A stretch of 64,000 nt of DNA. Source: Candidatus Dormiibacterota bacterium (GTDB lineage Bacteria; Chloroflexota; Dormibacteria; Aeolococcales; Bog-877). Within the stretch, counting starts at the first letter, position 1. The number at the start of each line of letters is the position of its first letter. Below are positions 53,183-62,333 of the stretch, piece by piece. The notes under the pieces are model-generated. The model saw nothing but the letters and a program-made list of their open reading frames with translations. It made no database searches and was not told the origin of the DNA. Location: assembly GCA_027339635.1 (NCBI GenBank), contig DAHWNZ010000003.1, positions 27,092 through 91,091 of the forward strand, given 5' to 3'. The translations under genes and the position numbers were made by a program.

Positions 53183-53791
53183 TTGCTGGTGGGGGTGCTG
53201 AGCCAGGCGATAGCACTTCGGGCTAGCTTCGCCAGGCCGGTTCTGTTCTGGCCCTCGTTGACCGCAAGCCTGGCTGCGTCCGGCCTCCTGGTCGGCCCTG
53301 GCACGGGGTTGACGGCCAGGAGACCTGACCGCCGCTGGATTGCCGCTGGAGGTGCTGCAGGCCTGTTCACCTACTTGGGCGCAGTCCTGGTGGCCATCTG
53401 CCTCAGGCGGTCCAGAAGGGGCGCGACCTGGCTTAGCCGGGTCGCGGCGTGTACCGGATCGCAACCTCCCCTGGTCCGCTCTCTGCTGGTGATCCCGGCG
53501 GCCATTGGCGAGGAGACGTTCTGGCGGGAGCACCTGCTCTCCGATGGCCGGGGAGAGATCTCCAAACGGCGGGTTGCGCTGTCGGCAGCCGTCTACTCCC
53601 TCACCCAGGCCGCTTCCGCAAACCCGCTCCCCGTGGCGGGAGGCATGGTCCTGGCGGGGGTGACGGGGGCTCTGCGGCGCAGCTCCGGGTCGCTGACTCC
53701 CGCCTTGGCCGCCCACCTGGTCTTCTCCGAGCTGACCCTCGCCTGGCCCGGGGTCCCAGGGCCACCAACAGGCAGATCCCGATCTAAGTAA
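53183..53791 (+). CDS. CPBP-family intramembrane glutamic endopeptidase (CAAX protease / Abi-like)
   Basis: Motif 1 AAIGEETFWREHL (EExxxR) and motif 3 region LAAHLVFSE (HxxxN/D-like), with about 5-6 TM spans. The start is TTG 53183 or GTG 53189/53195. The upstream part of the track ORF overlaps the previous gene. Confidence 0.7.
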   Translation: MLVGVLSQAIALRASFARPVLFWPSLTASLAASGLLVGPGTGLTARRPDRRWIAAGGAAGLFTYLGAVLVAICLRRSRRGATWLSRVAACTGSQPPLVRSLLVIPAAIGEETFWREHLLSDGRGEISKRRVALSAAVYSLTQAASANPLPVAGGMVLAGVTGALRRSSGSLTPALAAHLVFSELTLAWPGVPGPPTGRSRSK

Positions 53792-53809
53792 TCAAGCTGT
53801 AACCCGGCC

Positions 53810-55810
53810 GTGGCTGGATCTCCGAGGGCGGCGCGCGACCATCTTGCGGTGGCCGGTGTCATGACCAATTTCGACCATGGGCCCGAGGAGCCGTTCTGGG
53901 CGGCGCCGCCACCGGTTCGGCCGCTCCCCGGGCCACCCTCACCCGACCAGAGAAGGGCGGCGATGGGCGTAGTCCGTCGCCTCATCCAGCCGGGTCAGAT
54001 GAGGGTGACCGCCGAGCCTGTCCGGCGCCTGGCCGACGGTGCGGTGCTCGGATACCAGCTGAGATGGAGGCTTCCACGGCTCGATGAGGTTCCTTCACCA
54101 GAGGACTTCTGGCGGGCTGCCGAGGCCGCAGACCTCCTTGAGGCTCTGGACGACGCGCTCCTGCGGGCTCAGCTCGCGGCGGCGCGCCATCTCCGGCCCA
54201 GCGCCCTCCTGGTCAGCCTGGTCGGGTATCGCCGGTCCCGCCCTGGGGTGGCCGGGATCCTGGCCAAGGAGGCCCGCCTTGCCGACATCCCGGCGGCACG
54301 GATCGTTTGGCAGCTCAGCGAGGGCGACACCATGGTCGACGGTGCGCCCGCGCCTGAACTGGCGTTCGACCTGCGTCTGCGCGGCTTCAAGGTCGGCCTG
54401 ATCGGGTTGGGGGAGAGCCGCACTCGGCTCTCGGAGGTGGCCCGGATAACTCCAGAACTGCTCCACGTCGACTCAAGCCTGGTGGGGTCAGCGCTCTCCG
54501 ACCCCGGGGCGGCGGCCCTGGTCGCCGCGCTCGGGGAGTTTGCCCGGCTCACCGGGGCGGTACTGGTGGCCTCCGACATCGAGGATCAGGCCGAGCTCGA
54601 GGCGGTCTCCGCCCTGGGCCTGGAATATGGCACGGGCACCGTCTTCGGGGGGCCCCAGGTGGTGCACGGTCCCGGACAGGTGGAGTTGGTCCGTCCGCGG
54701 GTCATCCTCGACATCGATGGGCCGGATGTCTTCGCCAAGGAGGCTCCTAGGCCGGCAACGACATCCCCGGGCCCCAGGGACAGTGCTCGGCGGCGCCCCA
54801 GCGGAGCCAGGGAGGTGACCGACGAGCTCGGCCAGGCGGCCAGGTCGTTGCAGGGGGAGCACGACCCCGATGTCATCCTGAGCCTGGCCGCTGACCATCT
54901 GGCCCGCATCGTCGCCTACGACGGCCTCGCGATATATCAGGCCGACTGGGACTCTCTCCGATTCCGCCCCCTGCTGGCGAGATCGGAGTTGGAGCCCAGC
55001 TATGTGACTGGGGTCATGGGGCACACGTTTGCCATCGGGACCGGGATCACCGGTTGGGCCTTCGACCTCGGAACCCCCCAGCTGGTGAACGACGCTGACG
55101 CCCATCCCGCCGCCGGTCACCTGCCTGGGACCAAGTCCGATGACGAGTCCATGCTGCTGGTGCCACTGGTGGCCGGGGATCACCGTCTGGGGATGCTGAA
55201 CCTGGTGCGGTTTCGCACCGGCGCCTTCTCGCCCTGGGAGCTCACCACAGCGGGGCTGGTGGGACACATGACCGCGGCCGCGTGGCAGAACGCCAGGCTC
55301 TACTCGGAACAGGTGCAGCACGCCATCACCGACCCCTTGACCGGGCTGCTCAACACCAGGTGGCTCAGAGACTCCGGCCGCCGTGAGCTGGCGATGGCCG
55401 AGCGCCAGAAGCGCTCGCTTGACCTCATGATGCTGGACCTGGACAAGTTCAAGCTGGTCAATGACAGCTGCGGCCACGGGGCCGGCGACGCCGTCCTGCG
55501 GGAGGTGGGAGCGGCGATCCACGAGGTGGTCAGGGCTGAGGACGCGGCGGTGCGCTACGGGGGCGAGGAGTTCGTGATCCTCCTGCACGAGACGGGTGCA
55601 GAGGGTGCCGCTCGGGTGTGGCGGGAGCTCCGCAAGAGGTTGGCCGAGATCCCGCTCCCCGAGGGGTGCGCCCTGACCAGGGTGAGCGCTTCCGCCGGGC
55701 TCTCCCGATACCCCGACGATGGCCGCACCATGAGCCAGCTTCTGGGGGCGGCCGACGCTGCCATGTACTCGATTAAGCGCCAGGGAGGGGACGCGATCGG
55801 GTACTCCTGA
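53810..55810 (+). CDS. degenerate-EAL / GAF / GGDEF protein (probable diguanylate cyclase)
   Basis: N-terminal EAL-like fold with the EAL triplet replaced (GAVLGYQLRWR) and DDFG replaced (LIGLGESR). GAF segment (IVAYDGLAIYQAD..LVPLVAGDHRLGMLNLVR). GGDEF domain (LTGLLNTR, LMMLDLDKFKLVNDSCGHGAGD, I-site RAED 5 aa before GGEEF). Confidence 0.85.
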   Translation: MAGSPRAARDHLAVAGVMTNFDHGPEEPFWAAPPPVRPLPGPPSPDQRRAAMGVVRRLIQPGQMRVTAEPVRRLADGAVLGYQLRWRLPRLDEVPSPEDFWRAAEAADLLEALDDALLRAQLAAARHLRPSALLVSLVGYRRSRPGVAGILAKEARLADIPAARIVWQLSEGDTMVDGAPAPELAFDLRLRGFKVGLIGLGESRTRLSEVARITPELLHVDSSLVGSALSDPGAAALVAALGEFARLTGAVLVASDIEDQAELEAVSALGLEYGTGTVFGGPQVVHGPGQVELVRPRVILDIDGPDVFAKEAPRPATTSPGPRDSARRRPSGAREVTDELGQAARSLQGEHDPDVILSLAADHLARIVAYDGLAIYQADWDSLRFRPLLARSELEPSYVTGVMGHTFAIGTGITGWAFDLGTPQLVNDADAHPAAGHLPGTKSDDESMLLVPLVAGDHRLGMLNLVRFRTGAFSPWELTTAGLVGHMTAAAWQNARLYSEQVQHAITDPLTGLLNTRWLRDSGRRELAMAERQKRSLDLMMLDLDKFKLVNDSCGHGAGDAVLREVGAAIHEVVRAEDAAVRYGGEEFVILLHETGAEGAARVWRELRKRLAEIPLPEGCALTRVSASAGLSRYPDDGRTMSQLLGAADAAMYSIKRQGGDAIGYS

Positions 55811-55811
55811 T

Positions 55812-56309
55812 TCAGGAGCTCTGCTGGGTATCTGCCCCGATGCAGCGCTCCACCGCGGCCAGGACCGTCAGCAGGGCGCGCAGCTCATCTTGGTCGAAGC
55901 CGGCGAGCAACTGCTCAGCCAACTCCCGGCGGAAGCCCGCGGCAGCCTCCGCGTCTCTGGCGCCCGCGTCGGTCAGGACTATGTGCACCAGGCGGCGGTC
56001 CGACTCGTCGCGGCGCCGTTCCACCAGCTGGTGTTCCTCAAGCCGGTCCAGCTGGGAGCTGACAGAGGGCATGCTGACACCGAGCGTCTCCGCCAGCTGG
56101 CCGACCGTCAGCGCTCCCCGCTCGTGCAGCAGCATGAGCACGTGCATCTGCCCGAAGGAGAGGTCCTTACGCGCGAAGCAACTGCCCGGGCCCTGGCGCC
56201 AGTGTTGCGCCAAGACCCTTCCCAGAGCTGCAAGCGACAGCGCCAGCAGGGAGTCATCATCGCCCCTCGCGGCTGGGCCAGGTCCCCGACCGGCGGGCCC
56301 GATGGTCAC
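55812..56309 (-). CDS. MarR-family transcriptional regulator
   Basis: FGQMHVLMLLHERGALTVGQLAETLGVSMPSVSSQLDRLEEHQLVERRRDESDRRLVHIVLTDAG. It has a 4-nt overlap with the upstream MFS gene. Confidence 0.87.
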   Translation of the reverse strand: MTIGPAGRGPGPAARGDDDSLLALSLAALGRVLAQHWRQGPGSCFARKDLSFGQMHVLMLLHERGALTVGQLAETLGVSMPSVSSQLDRLEEHQLVERRRDESDRRLVHIVLTDAGARDAEAAAGFRRELAEQLLAGFDQDELRALLTVLAAVERCIGADTQQSS

Positions 56310-57964
56310 GGCACCTCCGCCAACTCTCGCCCCTCGGGCCGTTGCTCCACCTCCTGGCGGGTGGCGGGACCGCTCGCCAGGGTGGTCCGCAGCGGCACCT
56401 CGCGCATGAACATGGTCGCCACGATCGCGATGGCCGCGGCCACCGCCCCCAACCAGAAGCTCCCCCCGATTGCCTCGGCGAGGCTCTGATGAATCGCGAC
56501 CACTATTGCCGGGATGAACTGATGGAGGGGCGCCGGCAGGACATGGGTCAGCTGGGTGGCGAGGTTGCCGACCCCGGTGAGGCTGGACTCACCGCCCGCG
56601 TTGAAGTGGCTGATGAGCGCCCTCGGGACCCCTGCATGGACCAGGTTCTTGGGCAGCTGGCTGGTGAAGGTGGAGGCCAGATAGGTGCCCGCGACCGCCA
56701 GACCGATGGAACCTCCGACCTGGCGGAAGAAGGTCAGGTTGCTGGTGGCTACCCCGATGTCGCGTTGGGGCACCGCATTCTGCACGACCACGGTGAAAGC
56801 GGACATGGAGGGTCCGATCCCGACGCCCACGACCAGCATCCAACCCCACAGCGCCCAGTCACCGACCGTGGCCGTGAGCTGGGTCATGAGCACCATCCCG
56901 ATCGTGGCGAGCACCATCGCCCCGACCAGCAGCAGCTTGTACTTGCCGGTGCGGCTGATGACGAGACCGGCCACGACGCTGGTGCCCATGAGTCCGACCA
57001 GCAGGGGCCAGAGCATGTACCCCGACGCGGTGGCGCTGATGTCGCGCACCGCCTGGTAGTAGCGGGGCAGGAAGATCACCCCTATGTAAAAGGCGAATGA
57101 GATGAGGAACATGGCGACCTGGGAGGCCGCGTAGGTGCGCACCCGGAACAGCCCGAGGGGCACGATGGGCTCGGCGACCCGACTCTCGATGAAGACGAAG
57201 ACCACCCCGAGCACCGCCGCCAGGGCCAGCAGGCCGCCCACTCGCCAGTCCAGCCACCCGATGGTCTGCCCCGAGCTGGTGGTGAGCCCCTTCTCGGTGA
57301 GGCCTATGAGGAGCGGGATCACCGCCGCTGTGAAGACCAGGGTGCCCAGATAGTCGATGGCCGGCCGCGGACCCTCGCTGCGATGGTTGGGCAGAATCGA
57401 CGAGATGACGGCCAGGGCGACTATCCCGATTGGGAGGTTGACGTAGAACACCCAGTGCCAGCTGATGTTGTCGGTGATGAAGCCGCCCAGAAAGGGGCCC
57501 ACCAAAAAGGCCAGGCCGAACACGGCTCCGAAGAACCCCTGGTACTTGCCCCGCTCGCGGGGGGTGAAGAGGTCGCCGACGACGGCCAGAGCGATTGGGA
57601 AGAGCGCACCGGCCCCGAGTCCCTGGAGACCGCGGAAGAGGATGAGCTCGGCCATGTTCTGTGACAGGCCCGACAGAGCCGACCCGATCAGGAACAAAGA
57701 AATCCCGATGATCAGCATGATCTTGCGGCCGAAGATGTCGGACAGCTTGCCATAGATCGGGATGGTGACAGTGCTGGTGAGCAGGTAGGACGTGACCACC
57801 CACACATAAAGGCTGTTGCCACCGAGGTCGGTCACGATGGTGGGCAGGGCCGTGCCCACGACGGTCTGGTCCAGGGCACTTAGGAACAGTCCCAGCATCA
57901 CCGCTCCGACTATCGCCAGCCGGGCTCGCTGGGACAGGTGGATGGTCGGCTGCATGACATCCAT
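56306..57964 (-). CDS. MFS transporter, DHA2 (EmrB/QacA, 14-TMS) drug:H+ antiporter type
   Basis: 552 aa with about 14 hydrophobic spans. MFS motif A GKLSDIFGRK and motif C-like GALFPIALAVVGDLF. Confidence 0.88.
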   Translation of the reverse strand: MDVMQPTIHLSQRARLAIVGAVMLGLFLSALDQTVVGTALPTIVTDLGGNSLYVWVVTSYLLTSTVTIPIYGKLSDIFGRKIMLIIGISLFLIGSALSGLSQNMAELILFRGLQGLGAGALFPIALAVVGDLFTPRERGKYQGFFGAVFGLAFLVGPFLGGFITDNISWHWVFYVNLPIGIVALAVISSILPNHRSEGPRPAIDYLGTLVFTAAVIPLLIGLTEKGLTTSSGQTIGWLDWRVGGLLALAAVLGVVFVFIESRVAEPIVPLGLFRVRTYAASQVAMFLISFAFYIGVIFLPRYYQAVRDISATASGYMLWPLLVGLMGTSVVAGLVISRTGKYKLLLVGAMVLATIGMVLMTQLTATVGDWALWGWMLVVGVGIGPSMSAFTVVVQNAVPQRDIGVATSNLTFFRQVGGSIGLAVAGTYLASTFTSQLPKNLVHAGVPRALISHFNAGGESSLTGVGNLATQLTHVLPAPLHQFIPAIVVAIHQSLAEAIGGSFWLGAVAAAIAIVATMFMREVPLRTTLASGPATRQEVEQRPEGRELAEVP

Positions 57965-58012
57965 CGCTATATCTCCCTGGTCGTCGGTCCGGAACGCCCG
58001 GTCTCTGTCTGA

Positions 58013-58048
58013 AGCTTAGCTTTGATGGAAACGTTATGTCAAATCTAA
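58013..58048 (-). promoter_or_regulatory. promoter plus inverted-repeat operator upstream of the MFS-MarR operon
   Basis: On the minus strand: TTGACA (58042-58037), an 18-nt spacer, then TAAGCT (58018-58013). An overlapping inverted repeat TTAGATTTGA-N13-TCAAAGCTAA (58016-58048) has 9/10 complementary arms. The stretch is AT-rich. Confidence 0.45.
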
Positions 58049-58153
58049 GTGTTAGGGCCAGGCTCAGTTTCAACCGGCGGCTTCGCGATGGCACCGCCCG
58101 CCCGACGGTGCCAGGTGCGGGAACCCCTGTGCCCGGGCCATGAATTGGTGAAG

Positions 58154-59572
58154 CTAGGTCGCTTTGGTATGGCCAGGCTTGTCAGCCGACGCCAGGACAG
58201 AGGGCTCAATCCGCCGGCCGACCAGGCGCTCAACCTCATCGCCGATCAAGCGGCGGAGGCGGAAGGTAGCTTCCCCGCGAGCCTCCGCGGGGACCCGGAT
58301 GCGCACAGTCACCCCCTGCAGAGACACCAGGTGCGCCGAGTCCGGGAGCTCTGCGAAGGCCTTCCCCACCAGGTGGGAGGTCAGGCGTGCGGCGGCGTCG
58401 CTGAGGGAATGGTCTCGGCCGCTCAGGGACAGCGGTTCGCCCCAGGGGAGCTCCTGAGGCAGGTCTCCTCGGATCAGCCATTCCCAGGCCCGCTGGAAGT
58501 GACGCAGGCCGGCCAGGGTCTCGGGCAGCGCTTGTGGCTTGTCCAGCACCGAGCCCCAGAGGGGTTCGTGATGATCCGACCTGGCCCGCCTGCCGGCCAG
58601 AGACCGGATCGGGAGCGGGGCCAGCCCGGGGCCCGCTCCGGGGATCCAGCCCTCCTCGCTACCAGATTCGCCGAGCGCCGCCAGCAGGTCCGGGTCGTCG
58701 GCCCACAGGGCCGCCAGCAGCAGGGTTGGCGCGGGCAGGCGCAGAGCCACGAGCGCGTCGGCGCGCCGGTCGAGAGCCGCTTGCCTTGTGGCGGGACGAG
58801 CCTCCAGGCAGGTGAAGAGACCGGCGGGGTGGGGCAGGTTCAGCTGGTATCCAAGGAGCGACAACCGTCCCATCAGGAGGAGGGCATCGGGATAGGGAAG
58901 TTCCCTCCTCCTGGCCGGAAGCGACCGGGACCAGTGTGCCAGGGCCCTCTCCAGCTGGCCCAGCTTCCACCGGCCGTCGTCCTCCACTCCCTCGGCGGCA
59001 TCGGCTCGCTCCTCCAGGGGATCCACCAGCCCGACCATGGTGTTGAGCCGATGGCGCTCCACGAAGGCAAGCCCTCTCAGGGCCTCCCGCACTTCCCGGT
59101 GGGGTGGGACATCCCCGATGAGAAGGCCCGGGGCCGCGCCGGCGGCGACCAGCTCCGCGTATGCGGACAGCGAGAGGTCCCATGGACCGCCGGGAACCGC
59201 GATGTGGAGGTCGCCTGGGCCCGCTCTCAAGAGCACCGCCGCCGCGGGGCCCGAGGACCAGCTGGGGACCGTGGGGGGCCTTCTCGCAGTCGCCCGCCGA
59301 AGAGGGGCGGGGTCTGATACCAGGGTCATGTCGTACCGGGCTCGGAGCTCCGGGGTGGCGACCAGCGCCCAAGCCGCCTGCAGTTGGGCGAAGAGTCGGG
59401 TGGCTCGCTCTGGGTTCAGGCGTTGGGGCCCTTGGCGATGTACCTGGACGTCGGGGTGGAGTTCCCTGGCCCGCGACCGGTAGCGGCGCCGCAACTCTTG
59501 CCAGCTGTCGCTGGGGACAGCGCCCAAGATCGCATAGACGTCCACCATGCGGCGGGGCGCGCTCAACGGCAT
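58154..59572 (-). CDS. J-domain protein with a long uncharacterised C-terminal region
   Basis: N-terminal J domain VDVYAILGAVPSDSWQELRRRYRSRARELHPDV (HPD) ..LFAQLQAAWALVATPELRARYD. The remaining roughly 390 aa has no G/F or Zn-finger region and no family I recognise. Confidence 0.75.
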   Translation of the reverse strand: MPLSAPRRMVDVYAILGAVPSDSWQELRRRYRSRARELHPDVQVHRQGPQRLNPERATRLFAQLQAAWALVATPELRARYDMTLVSDPAPLRRATARRPPTVPSWSSGPAAAVLLRAGPGDLHIAVPGGPWDLSLSAYAELVAAGAAPGLLIGDVPPHREVREALRGLAFVERHRLNTMVGLVDPLEERADAAEGVEDDGRWKLGQLERALAHWSRSLPARRRELPYPDALLLMGRLSLLGYQLNLPHPAGLFTCLEARPATRQAALDRRADALVALRLPAPTLLLAALWADDPDLLAALGESGSEEGWIPGAGPGLAPLPIRSLAGRRARSDHHEPLWGSVLDKPQALPETLAGLRHFQRAWEWLIRGDLPQELPWGEPLSLSGRDHSLSDAAARLTSHLVGKAFAELPDSAHLVSLQGVTVRIRVPAEARGEATFRLRRLIGDEVERLVGRRIEPSVLASADKPGHTKAT

Positions 59573-59627
59573 CGGGGCGTTCCCGAACGACGAGCCGGCC
59601 CGACCGCTCGGTCGAGCTCACACCGGT

Positions 59628-60380
59628 TCATAGGTCAAAGGGATCCTGAAAGAAGCCGGGCAGGTGGGCGGACAGCCATTCGTTAAAGATCGTGAAGTGA
59701 TTCACCGTCACCAGCATTCCCATCAGGACCACGACCGCCCCACCGGCCAAGGATATGGCCCGTTGGTGGCGGGCCAGCGTTCCCAACAGGGGCCGGGATC
59801 GGTCAAGCAGGGTTGCGGCGAGAAGGAACGGGAGTCCCAGGCCCAGGCAGTAGGCCACCATGAGATACACGCCGCGCACCGTTGTGCCCTGGCTGATGCC
59901 CGACGTGAGGACGGCCCCCAACACCGGTCCGATGCATGGAGACCAACCCGCGGCGAGTCCGACCCCGAGCAGGAAGCCCGAACCGAACCCTCCCCGGCGG
60001 GGTCCGCTGGGCAGGTGACGCAGGTCCCGGGCGAGGAAGCCCACCCGAAGCACCCCCATCAGCACCAGACCGAGGATGACGACCAGGATGCCGAGGACCG
60101 GGGTGACCACGGACTTCCACGGTTCGAGCACCCTGTCGAGGGCGTAGAAGAAGGCTATGCAGAAGAGGCCCAGCCCGACCACGAAGCCCAGTGCCCCGCG
60201 CAGCACCCGCCAGCGGGTCGCGGCGGTGTCCCTCGGCGCCGCCGCCCCCGAACCAGGCTGAGCCACCTCGCAGGACAGAAAGGCCAGGTAGGCGGGAACC
60301 AGTGGGAGCACGCATGGGGAGAGGAATGATGCCGCCCCGGCTGCCACGGCCAGCGGGATTGTAACGCTGCTCAGGTTCAC
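59628..60380 (-). CDS. ccdA: cytochrome c biogenesis / thiol-disulfide transfer protein CcdA (DsbD-family membrane core)
   Basis: GAASFLSPCVLPLVPAYLAFLS and GWSPCIGPVLGAVL are the two conserved Cys-containing motifs. About 6 TM spans. Confidence 0.88.
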   Translation of the reverse strand: MNLSSVTIPLAVAAGAASFLSPCVLPLVPAYLAFLSCEVAQPGSGAAAPRDTAATRWRVLRGALGFVVGLGLFCIAFFYALDRVLEPWKSVVTPVLGILVVILGLVLMGVLRVGFLARDLRHLPSGPRRGGFGSGFLLGVGLAAGWSPCIGPVLGAVLTSGISQGTTVRGVYLMVAYCLGLGLPFLLAATLLDRSRPLLGTLARHQRAISLAGGAVVVLMGMLVTVNHFTIFNEWLSAHLPGFFQDPFDL

Positions 60381-60463
60381 TGCGGCTTCACCTCGGGCGC
60401 CATCCCGTCGGCACCGGTAAGCTGCGCCCCGCCAGGCGCTGGTTGAAACACCCAGTCGACCGG

Positions 60464-62326
60464 CTAGGCGGGGTCCGGATCGTGCCTGGCGTCGGCCATT
60501 CTGGCAATCTCCTCGTCCGCCAGCCCGGGGTCGAGTTTGCGGAACAGGACCTCAGGAGGCTCCAGCGTTCGACCGGAGGGGATGCGTATCGGGTGCCATC
60601 CCGCATCCAGACCAGAGGTCCTGGTGGTCAGCACGGTGTGGGGGTCCTCGGCCGCGCCCGGGACCTGCTCTGGCATGGGCGATAGCTGCCCTGGCTCGCC
60701 CAACATCCGGTGCAGGCGCTGAGATGAAAACGGCAGAAATGGTGAGAACATGATGTGCAGATCGGCCACGCACTGGAGGGCCGTGAACAGCACCGTAGCG
60801 GCCCTCTCCCGGTCCGACTTGACAAGGCGCCAGGGTTCGTTCTCACCCAGGTACTGGTTGACCCTGGCCGCGAGCGCCATGGTCTCGGCGAGGGCCGCCT
60901 TGAAGTGGGTCGCGCCGAGGAGGTCGCCGACGGTTGCAAAACCGGAGTCAACCGCCTCCAAGAGCTTCAGATCCGCGGGCTGCAAGGTCCCCTCGCCCGG
61001 CACTGATCCGAAGTGGCGAGCGGCCAGGGTCAAGGTGCGCTGCACCAGGTTGCCCCAGGTGGCCACCAGCTCGTCATTGTTGCGCCTTATGAACTCTGCC
61101 CATGTGAAGTCGGTGTCCTGGCTCTCGGGCCCCGCCGCGGTCAGGTAGTAGCGCAGGGGATCGGGATCGTACCTGGAGAGGAAGTCCCTCACCTCTATGA
61201 CCACGCCTCGGCTGCTGGAGAACTTCTGTCCCTCCTGGGTCAGGAATTCACTGCTCACCACGTTCTCCGGCAGCACCAGGGGCGGAGCCGAGTCGCCGCC
61301 TCCAACGGCCCCACCGCCTGCGTATCCCAGCAGCATGCTGGGCCAGATCACCGAGTGAAAGACGATGTTGTCCTTGCCCATGAAGTAGAAGTGGCGAGCC
61401 CTGGGATCCTGCCACCAGGCCCTCCAGAGGTCCGGTTCTCCCTGCAGCTCCGCCCATTCGATGCTGGCCGACAGGTAGCCCACCACGGCATCGAACCACA
61501 CGTAGATCCGCTTGTCGGGGCGTTCCTCGAACCCTTCGACGGGAACCCTGATTCCCCAGTCGATGTCGCGGGTCACGGCTCTGGGACGCAGCTCCCCGAG
61601 AAGATTGGCGGAGAATGCCAGCACGTTGCTACGCCAGTCGACCTTGCTCCTGAGCCAGCTGGCCAGCTGCTCGGCGAATGCAGGCAGGTCCAGGAAGAGA
61701 TGTTCCGACTCCCGGAAGACGGGGGGTTGGCCATCGATCCTCGACCTCGGGTCAATCAGGTCCTGGGGATCCAGCATGCGCCCGCAGTTGTCGCACTGGT
61801 CGCCCCTGGCCGCCCCGTAGCCGCAATGGGGGCAGGTCCCCTCGATGTAGCGATCCGGCAGGGTGCGGCCCGTCGCCGCCGAGAAGGCACCCATCTGGGA
61901 CCGGCGCAGGAGGTAGCCCTTCTCATAGAGGGTGCGAAATACATCCCTCACCACGCGCTCGTGATTCTTGGTCGTCGTCCGGGTGAAGAGGTCGTAGCTC
62001 AGCCCAAGGTCGCTCAGGTCCTTGGCGATCACCAGGTTGTAGCGGTCAGCGATCGCCGCAGGGCTGACTCCCTCCCGGTCGGCCGCGACCAGGATCGGGG
62101 TTCCGTGCTCATCGGTACCGCTCACCATCAGCACCCGGGAACCGCGCAGGCGATGGTATCGCGCGAAGACATCCGATGGCACCCCGAAGCCGGCAACGTG
62201 TCCGATGTGCCGCGGTCCGCTGGCGTAGGGCCAGGCCACCGCGACCAGAATCAGCTCTGGGTCCGGCTGCAAAGTGTTCAATACCCGATCGATGGTATCT
62301 GGTGGGCTTGGCCGGAGGTGGAACAA
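60464..62326 (-). CDS. metG: methionine--tRNA ligase
   Basis: HIGH-type motif [14 protein letters not shown], Zn knuckle [18 protein letters not shown] and KMSKS variant KFSSSRG. The start is uncertain: TTG 62326 is the longest ORF, and in-frame TTGs at 62281 and 62272 give a more typical N-terminus. Confidence 0.92.
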   Translation of the reverse strand: MFHLRPSPPDTIDRVLNTLQPDPELILVAVAWPYASGPRHIGHVAGFGVPSDVFARYHRLRGSRVLMVSGTDEHGTPILVAADREGVSPAAIADRYNLVIAKDLSDLGLSYDLFTRTTTKNHERVVRDVFRTLYEKGYLLRRSQMGAFSAATGRTLPDRYIEGTCPHCGYGAARGDQCDNCGRMLDPQDLIDPRSRIDGQPPVFRESEHLFLDLPAFAEQLASWLRSKVDWRSNVLAFSANLLGELRPRAVTRDIDWGIRVPVEGFEERPDKRIYVWFDAVVGYLSASIEWAELQGEPDLWRAWWQDPRARHFYFMGKDNIVFHSVIWPSMLLGYAGGGAVGGGDSAPPLVLPENVVSSEFLTQEGQKFSSSRGVVIEVRDFLSRYDPDPLRYYLTAAGPESQDTDFTWAEFIRRNNDELVATWGNLVQRTLTLAARHFGSVPGEGTLQPADLKLLEAVDSGFATVGDLLGATHFKAALAETMALAARVNQYLGENEPWRLVKSDRERAATVLFTALQCVADLHIMFSPFLPFSSQRLHRMLGEPGQLSPMPEQVPGAAEDPHTVLTTRTSGLDAGWHPIRIPSGRTLEPPEVLFRKLDPGLADEEIARMADARHDPDPA

Positions 62327-62333
62327 TGCCCTG

